Assembly (NCBI GenBank): GCA_039030515.1
Contig: JBCCEA010000002.1
Location: 1-64,000 of the forward strand
Length of the DNA: 64,000 nt
From: Myxococcota bacterium
GTDB taxonomy: Bacteria; Myxococcota_A; Polyangia; Polyangiales; Houyiibacteriaceae
Direction: 5' to 3'
A program made the position numbers and the translations under genes. A model generated the notes under the pieces. The model had not been told where the DNA came from. It saw only the letters and a program-made list of their open reading frames with translations, and made no database searches. This document shows, piece by piece, positions 59,101 to 64,000 of this stretch. Position 1 is the first letter of the stretch. Every line of letters starts with the position of its first letter.

Positions 59101-59201
59101 CGTGGCATAGCAGCATAAGCAGAAAAACCGGCGACGATCAGAACGGCGATGGCAACCCCGGTCACCCGGGTATGCCTTAGGGCGTAGGATGTGATCGACA
59201 T
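56118..59201 (-). CDS. RND (AcrB-family) efflux permease
   Basis: 1027 aa; GASPERVEQLVT, LGLLVDNAIVV, GIVINNAIVL and RLRPILLT. Confidence 0.95.
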   Translation of the reverse strand: MSITSYALRHTRVTGVAIAVLIVAGFSAYAAMPRQMDPGFTVRTARVTTYFSGASPERVEQLVTDPIEEAIQEIPELDYIESISRTGVSIIDVNIRNEFKDMRPIWDNLRRKVEDMQGDLPEEAGIPQVNDEFGDTYGIMYSMTSDGFTRAEMKEIADDVRDELLRVKDVAKVDILGAQDERIFVEYNNAQLAQLGLSPDSLSSVLSARNIIMPGGEFDGEIETIVVEPSGNFVSVEELGRTLIQVPNSNDVVYLADIAEIQRAYVDPPSTIVRTDGKDALVFAVSLSDGGNLIELGKRVDALYDRLPTVYPHGIDFHTVFFEPVTVQAKVDEFLESVIQAVLIVLVVMLLFLGLRMGLVVASLIPTAMIVTVFVLSIIDVSIDQMTLAALIIALGLLVDNAIVVSESITVRMAQGESGFDAAVGACKELQISLLTSSLTTAAAFLPIYLAEHSVGEYTGVLFVVVTITLLTSWILAITMIALLCAYFLKPALQKGDQFETKFYQGYRSVLLGFLKGRWFSIAAVAIVFVGAMQLFSVIPQIFFPPSDRSMFMATFELTPGTTVSRTDEMSQSVDRFMRDELAADGVTAFTSFVASTPPRFVLNYTPSQSKSSRIEYMIRTSGAEKNASLMKKLERWAIDQYPDVKTHVRLVSSGPPVDRPIEIRIQGRDTDQVFSIVDDVRQKLESTTGTRNISDDWGSRVKKFYVEIDEERARRANMTNYDVATSLQTFLSGLETTNYREDDDVIPVLLRSVVRDRRDIERLETVNVFSQSTGESVPLRQVADIHLEFQPSEVLRWDRDKVVTLEADVAGRTAIDVLDEITPWLDEQKKSWDFGYRYEYGGEIESSGESSEAIGAKLPISGLLIIMLLVWQFNSLRKASIVLTAIPLALIGVVLGLLAMNSYFGFMTLLGIVSLAGIVINNAIVLIDRIQLEIDENGLSPAQAVIQSAQQRLRPILLTTATTIASLIPLYISGGPMWEPMCVAIMFGLVFSTVLTLGFVPLMYSVLYRVDFSEFRYQPAESRSEA

Positions 59202-59204
59202 GAC

Positions 59205-60401
59205 TCAGTCGTCCTCGGATGTTGGCGCGGAAGTCGCCATCGAAGTGTTGTCTTCTTCGGTCATTCCGTCCTCAGCTGCGATGCCTTCGCGCGGCGGCAC
59301 CCGAACGCGAAGCCCGTCGCTGATTCTGCTCACTCCGGCAGTCACCACCAGCTGCGAGGATTCGACACCCTCCTTGATTTCGATACCGTTCGCGGTGAGG
59401 GAGCCGATCTGAACCGGAGTTCGGTGGACCGTACCGAAACCGGGATCGTCGTTCGAGATTCGGAGCACGTAGACAAATCGACCGTCCCGATCCTCTCCGA
59501 CGGCGACGGAGGGCACGCGAATCTGGGAAGCGGCTTCGGACTCCCGGAAGTTGAACTCCACATCCGCGGCCATGCCTGGCCGAATCGCTTCGGTGTCACC
59601 TTCGAGCCGAATGGTCACCGGAAAGGTCGTGCTGCCTTCGGAGCTCACGCCGACCTCGAACACGCGGGCTTCGAATACCTGTTCACCAACCGCGTCGAAC
59701 ACGACGTCTACCGAATCCCCCTGACGAATACGGGCGATGGTGGATTCGGGAACCGACACCCGCACGTGCATCTGCTTGCCCGACTGGAGCGTCACGATTT
59801 CTTGACCGGCTGTAACGTTCTCATTTTCTTCCACGGGAACTTGGCTGATTTGGCCTTCTGTCGGGGCCACAAGCTTGGTGTACGAGAGTTGACGGCGAAG
59901 CAGTGCCAGGCTTTGACGCGCAGAGCGGACGCTCATCGCTGCAACTTCAGATTCAGCGCGGGCCTCATCGAGCTCTTCACGCGAGGCATTTTGATTTTCG
60001 TAGAGCTTCCGGGTCCGCGCGTAGGACGCGTCAGCACGCATTTTCTCCGCCAGCTCCCGAGACAACTCGGCTTGGGTATCCGTTACCTCGATCTCGTAGT
60101 CGGTGGGATCGAGGGTCGCGATCGGCTGCCCCTGGGTGACGCGATCGCCTAAATTCACGCTTAGGTCCTGAATACGACCGTCGACTCGGAAGCTCAGCCG
60201 CGATTGTTCGCCTGCTTCCGCTGCACCCGAAAAGCGTCGTCTTCGCTCACCATCGTCGGCCGAAACCTGCACGTAGCGGACCGGACGCACGATCGATGCG
60301 TTTTCGGCTTCATCGTCTGCGCCACCACATGCAGAAAGCAGCCCGAGGCTCCCCGCGAAAAAAAGGCTCGCGTGCACATATCTCGTGTTCGCTCGATTCA
60401 C
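59205..60401 (-). CDS. RND periplasmic adaptor (membrane fusion) lipoprotein
   Basis: Lipobox LSAC; LSFRVDG..., coiled hairpin, LVAPTEG and IRPGM; GTGA overlap with the upstream gene. Confidence 0.93.
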   Translation of the reverse strand: MNRANTRYVHASLFFAGSLGLLSACGGADDEAENASIVRPVRYVQVSADDGERRRRFSGAAEAGEQSRLSFRVDGRIQDLSVNLGDRVTQGQPIATLDPTDYEIEVTDTQAELSRELAEKMRADASYARTRKLYENQNASREELDEARAESEVAAMSVRSARQSLALLRRQLSYTKLVAPTEGQISQVPVEENENVTAGQEIVTLQSGKQMHVRVSVPESTIARIRQGDSVDVVFDAVGEQVFEARVFEVGVSSEGSTTFPVTIRLEGDTEAIRPGMAADVEFNFRESEAASQIRVPSVAVGEDRDGRFVYVLRISNDDPGFGTVHRTPVQIGSLTANGIEIKEGVESSQLVVTAGVSRISDGLRVRVPPREGIAAEDGMTEEDNTSMATSAPTSEDD

Positions 60402-62836
60402 TTTTGCGTCTCCTCCAGGCTCTGAGCCTGCATGTATTGTCCAAGTCCCTGCACGAACCCACTGCGTTCGTCAGGACTCCACTCGAAACTAAATGCTCCC
60501 GTGCTGCGCTCGGCGCGGATGTAGTCGATTAGGAAGTCGTAGTACGCGTCTGAAGCCGCCAGCTCGGCCGTGATCGCATCGTTTTGGGCATCGATAAGTC
60601 GGATGATGTCGGTCTGGCCGGTCCGGTACTGTTCCACGACGACTTCCAGGTTGTTCCTCGATGCCTCAGCAGCTTGCTCTGAAAGTTCCACGGCCGGTCC
60701 GGTCGACCCTGCCTGCTGGAAATTCTGACGAACTTGGGACTCGATTTGCTGAACCAGGTCGTCTTTCTCGGTGCGCAGCTGCCGTAACTCAGCTCGGGTC
60801 TGCTGAATCTCCGCGCGACGCCCGGTGCCTTCGAAGAACGGTACGGTCAGGGACACGCCCATATTCCAGGCAAAGTCGTCACGGGGGAAGGCGACGGTAT
60901 CCGTTCCGATTTCGATCGGGTCGAGATCGTCTCCACCCTCGCCGCCTCGGACCACGGTGTGGGTGATGCCGCCGGTGGCCACTATGGTCGGGAGATAGTA
61001 CGCCCGGCGCAAACCGGTGAGGTTGGCTTCGGTAGCGGCGATGCTGGCGTCCAGCTCACGTATCTCGGGGGTCTGGGCAAGGGCTTTTTGCACCATGAAG
61101 TCTCGAAACACGCGGAAGGTATAGGGATTGGTGATCAGGCCTCGCACGGCAGGGTCGAAGATCACAATGGGCGGAGGGCCTGCGTCCATGCCCGGAGTAG
61201 AAAACTCTTCTTCAAGGGGACGATTCATGATCCGGTTGAGCTCGACCTCGGACTGGCTTCGGGTCTGATACGCGGAAATCACGTCGATGCGGTTCTGAGC
61301 GATCTCCGACTGCCAGCGATAAACCTCGTCGACACCCGAGCGACCGACATTCAGCCGGATTTGCGCAAGGGAGAGATTGCGCCGGGTTCGCGCTAGGTTG
61401 TCGCGCTGCAGGCTTTCGTTGTTCTTGTTCCGCTGCACGTTGAGATACGCCTCGGCAGCCTCCAAGACGAGATCCAGACGCACGGCGCTAAACTCGTACT
61501 CGCGCGCGCGCTGAAGTTCAGATTGGGTATCGAGATTGGCGTAGGCCTCGGGGTCGAAGAGCAGCTGCTCACCGGTCAACTCCCACTGCCCGGTGCGCTG
61601 CGCCTGGCCTACCGACGTGGCGCCGTCAGGGTCGATCTCGGAGTAGCTGGCGCCGCCTTCAACTGTGGGTACAAAGTTTGCGCGGGACTGCCAGACGTCG
61701 TACTCGCCCGCCTCCACGGTGATCCCCGCTACCTGAAGAGAAAGATTGGCGCTGAGGGCGTTGCGTATTGCCTCGAGGAGACCGATTTCTGGCGCCTCCG
61801 AGTCCTGAGTGTTGAGCAGCTCTGCTTCGGTCAGCACCTCGAAACGAGGGTAGGCACCGATCCGCCGTGCCGTCGCCATGTTGATGACGAGTTCCGATAG
61901 GGGCTCAAAGTCCACAGGAAACTCCGAGGCCGGCTCGCCGTAAGCCACACGCTCGAGGAAGAAGGCGATCCGCCGAAAACGACGTGAGTAATCGCTTTGC
62001 GGGGTGAAGGTCGCAAACGCTCCCAGTTCGACCCAGCGACGCCCGGTCGAAGCGATCGTGAGAATACGTCGATCTGCAAGTCCCGCGAGCAGTCGGGAAA
62101 TCTCTTGTTCCGGTAGCGACGGGAGTGCAGCAACGTAGACCGCATCGGCATCTTCCGGAACCGCTTCGAGCACCGCTTCTGCGGTGCCGCCCGTCCAGAC
62201 GATCTCCGCTTCGAGGCCGTAGGGGGCGGTGAGTTCGCGAACGACTCGTTGCGACTCGGGCACTGCATCTTCGAGATAGCGTTCAAGCAACACTGCAACC
62301 CGCCGCACCGGCTTGTGGGTGAGTTCGTCAACGCGAGAAAGGTCGTCGCCGAGGGTGACAAGCCCGGTAAGGTAAGCGAGGTTCTTTCGCCCGCTCTTTT
62401 CACCATCCCGAGGCAGGCCCTGCAAATCGTCGACGGCGAACGGCAAAAGCACCGGTTTTGAAAACTCGGTTCGTTGCGCGCAAACCGCGGCGGCCATCGC
62501 CCCGAAGGCGACGACGACATCTGTATCGGGTGCAGCAAGAGCCGCCTCAAGAGCGCGCGCCACACCATCACGGGAAAAGTCACCGACGTGCTGGGGAGCT
62601 TCGGGATAGCGCAGTTGGACGGCCGGCTCGAGAAGCGCACGCGCCTCCTCGCCGAGGTGAACGCTCTCCGCTTCGAAGAACTCGCCGGGCCCGTCGACCA
62701 CGACGCCGACGCTCAGACTCCGCTGTTCCTGAGCATCCGCCGCGGGTGCAAAAACCGTCAAGCTCGAGCCTAAGAGGCTGAAAGCGATGATCAAAATCCT
62801 AAAAATGGGTCCGGTGTATGTAGCTCGATATGGCAC
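60398..62836 (-). CDS. TolC-family outer-membrane factor with an N-terminal ABC substrate-binding-like domain
   Basis: About 340 N-terminal residues end in ELVINMATARRIG (ABC_sub_bind-like) and are followed by two OEP repeats (ALSANLSL...P; YRTG.TDIIRLIDAQ). Confidence 0.85.
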   Translation of the reverse strand: MPYRATYTGPIFRILIIAFSLLGSSLTVFAPAADAQEQRSLSVGVVVDGPGEFFEAESVHLGEEARALLEPAVQLRYPEAPQHVGDFSRDGVARALEAALAAPDTDVVVAFGAMAAAVCAQRTEFSKPVLLPFAVDDLQGLPRDGEKSGRKNLAYLTGLVTLGDDLSRVDELTHKPVRRVAVLLERYLEDAVPESQRVVRELTAPYGLEAEIVWTGGTAEAVLEAVPEDADAVYVAALPSLPEQEISRLLAGLADRRILTIASTGRRWVELGAFATFTPQSDYSRRFRRIAFFLERVAYGEPASEFPVDFEPLSELVINMATARRIGAYPRFEVLTEAELLNTQDSEAPEIGLLEAIRNALSANLSLQVAGITVEAGEYDVWQSRANFVPTVEGGASYSEIDPDGATSVGQAQRTGQWELTGEQLLFDPEAYANLDTQSELQRAREYEFSAVRLDLVLEAAEAYLNVQRNKNNESLQRDNLARTRRNLSLAQIRLNVGRSGVDEVYRWQSEIAQNRIDVISAYQTRSQSEVELNRIMNRPLEEEFSTPGMDAGPPPIVIFDPAVRGLITNPYTFRVFRDFMVQKALAQTPEIRELDASIAATEANLTGLRRAYYLPTIVATGGITHTVVRGGEGGDDLDPIEIGTDTVAFPRDDFAWNMGVSLTVPFFEGTGRRAEIQQTRAELRQLRTEKDDLVQQIESQVRQNFQQAGSTGPAVELSEQAAEASRNNLEVVVEQYRTGQTDIIRLIDAQNDAITAELAASDAYYDFLIDYIRAERSTGAFSFEWSPDERSGFVQGLGQYMQAQSLEETQK

Positions 62837-63094
62837 GTAGGTACCTCCGCGCCGGCGAACCTAGTGGAACCGGGGCGTTCACGCCATGACAACTGCGTGA
62901 TTCGTCAGAGCGGCGCGTCTGTGAGCCCATCTCGACCTTCAGACCGGAGGCTTGTCGTATTCAGCGCGATCGATGGTTCACTGCCGCACTGGGCGCTGGA
63001 TTCGGCAAGGCTCTGTGTCACCCTGTGGGCACGATGATGTCAGGAGAAAGCCGCGGGCGACGCGGTCTGTCCGTCCGATACACGGTCAGGGGTC

Positions 63095-64000
63095 ATGACT
63101 GACCGTGCACTCAACCTCCTCCCAGCCTGGGAAGCGACGGCAAATTTTCTGAACGCGGACGATTGCGGAGCCTTTGCAAAAACCGCCCCATTCATGCGTC
63201 GGATCATCAGGCGCGAGAATGCTCCGCCATATTGGTCTGCGGCTTTGTATTTCGAGGGAAACGGCGTGGCCACTTCTGCGGTGACGTGGTCTCCAAACCG
63301 TAAGATCGTCGCCGCAGGTTCCTCCGCAGGAACCATCAAGATCAGATATCTCGACGGCAAATCGCCGGAGTTGGCGCTCGACGAATGTTCGAGCACCCCC
63401 GTTTCATCGCTCGCGTTCTCCCCAGATGGCCGGTTCCTCGCTTCCGCCTACAGGAGCGGGCTCGTCGCACTACATCGAACGCAGCCAAGGACGAGGGGCT
63501 GGAGTTACTGCAGTACGCTATGCCCTCCGGAAACGCCCTCAAACGCTACACGTCCCGAACGCGTGCATACGCTGACGTGGTGCCCAAGGAGCCAGTATCT
63601 CGCCTGCAGCAGTGGCGCTCGAGTCGATGTTTGGGAAAACAGTCCGTATGTGAAAATTGAAAACCGTGTATTTAGAAAAAATGGCAGTTGCCAAGCCCTC
63701 CCTAAGTCGGGTGCGATAACCTGCCTGGCGTTTGAACCTGACGGGGGTGATTCATTATCCCTGGGTACCGAGCGGGGAGACTTTCTGTGTAGGAGGAACG
63801 TCCGGAGGCCAACACGGATGTTTTTGACCGGCGGCCCCCGGGCGCGCCGTCGTCACGAGGGGGCGATCTCGTCGCTTGCTTGGTCGCGTGACGGAACCCG
63901 TCTCGTCACCGGAGGCGCTGACAAAGCGATCAGGTTTTGGGAACCGCCCAAAACAGAGTGCACGAGGAGCTTACCCGTCGGTCACGAGGTCGACACGGTT
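63095..64000 (+). CDS. WD40-repeat protein with an N-terminal F-box-like motif (partial, runs off the window; absent from the ORF track)
   Basis: Frame 2 is open for 302 codons from ATG 63095. WD40 blades: VTWSPNRKIVAAGS, VSSLAFSPDGRFLAS, VHTLTWCP, ITCLAFEPDG and HEGAISSLAWSRDGTRLVTGGADKAIRFWE. Confidence 0.85.
   Translation, partial: MTDRALNLLPAWEATANFLNADDCGAFAKTAPFMRRIIRRENAPPYWSAALYFEGNGVATSAVTWSPNRKIVAAGSSAGTIKIRYLDGKSPELALDECSSTPVSSLAFSPDGRFLASAYRSGLVALHRTQPRTRGWSYCSTLCPPETPSNATRPERVHTLTWCPRSQYLACSSGARVDVWENSPYVKIENRVFRKNGSCQALPKSGAITCLAFEPDGGDSLSLGTERGDFLCRRNVRRPTRMFLTGGPRARRRHEGAISSLAWSRDGTRLVTGGADKAIRFWEPPKTECTRSLPVGHEVDTV

Noticed and set aside
63040..63660. ORF-track calls 63040-63396(-), 63342-63542(-) and 63385-63660(+)
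   Set aside because: They overlap the WD40 reading frame, which has clear repeat motifs.

Overview
GC-rich bacterial chromosome segment. The gene content (tandem eukaryote-like Ser/Thr kinase-STAND-TPR proteins, an FHA protein, Cys-rich lipoproteins) suggests a myxobacterium (Myxococcota); this is an inference. I found no rRNA, tRNA, CRISPR array, integrase or transposase. Left end: a BldC/Xis-like HTH gene, a three-copy 126-bp hairpin-forming repeat, a Cys-rich lipoprotein, two kinase-STAND-TPR paralogues facing an FHA gene, and a long-form Lhr helicase. At 17-25 kb is a divergent signalling locus (hybrid histidine kinase + YfiR-like protein versus lipoprotein + TonB-dependent receptor + single-domain response regulator). 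Housekeeping genes follow: sahR-like/ahcY, nth, dienelactone hydrolase, an acyl-CoA dehydrogenase with a FadR-like operator, argS, gpmI, a LeuD-LeuC fusion and a biotin carboxylase. Further right are a photolyase-nei operon, fasciclin, HiPIP/ferredoxin/diheme cytochrome c, ppx, and an RND pump whose TolC carries an N-terminal binding-protein-like domain. A WD40 gene missed by the ORF track runs off the right edge and starts with an F-box-like motif. About a dozen unrelated short tandem duplications (mostly 17-21 bp) occur across the window, often at gene ends. All calls come from reading motifs by eye; no database searches were run.
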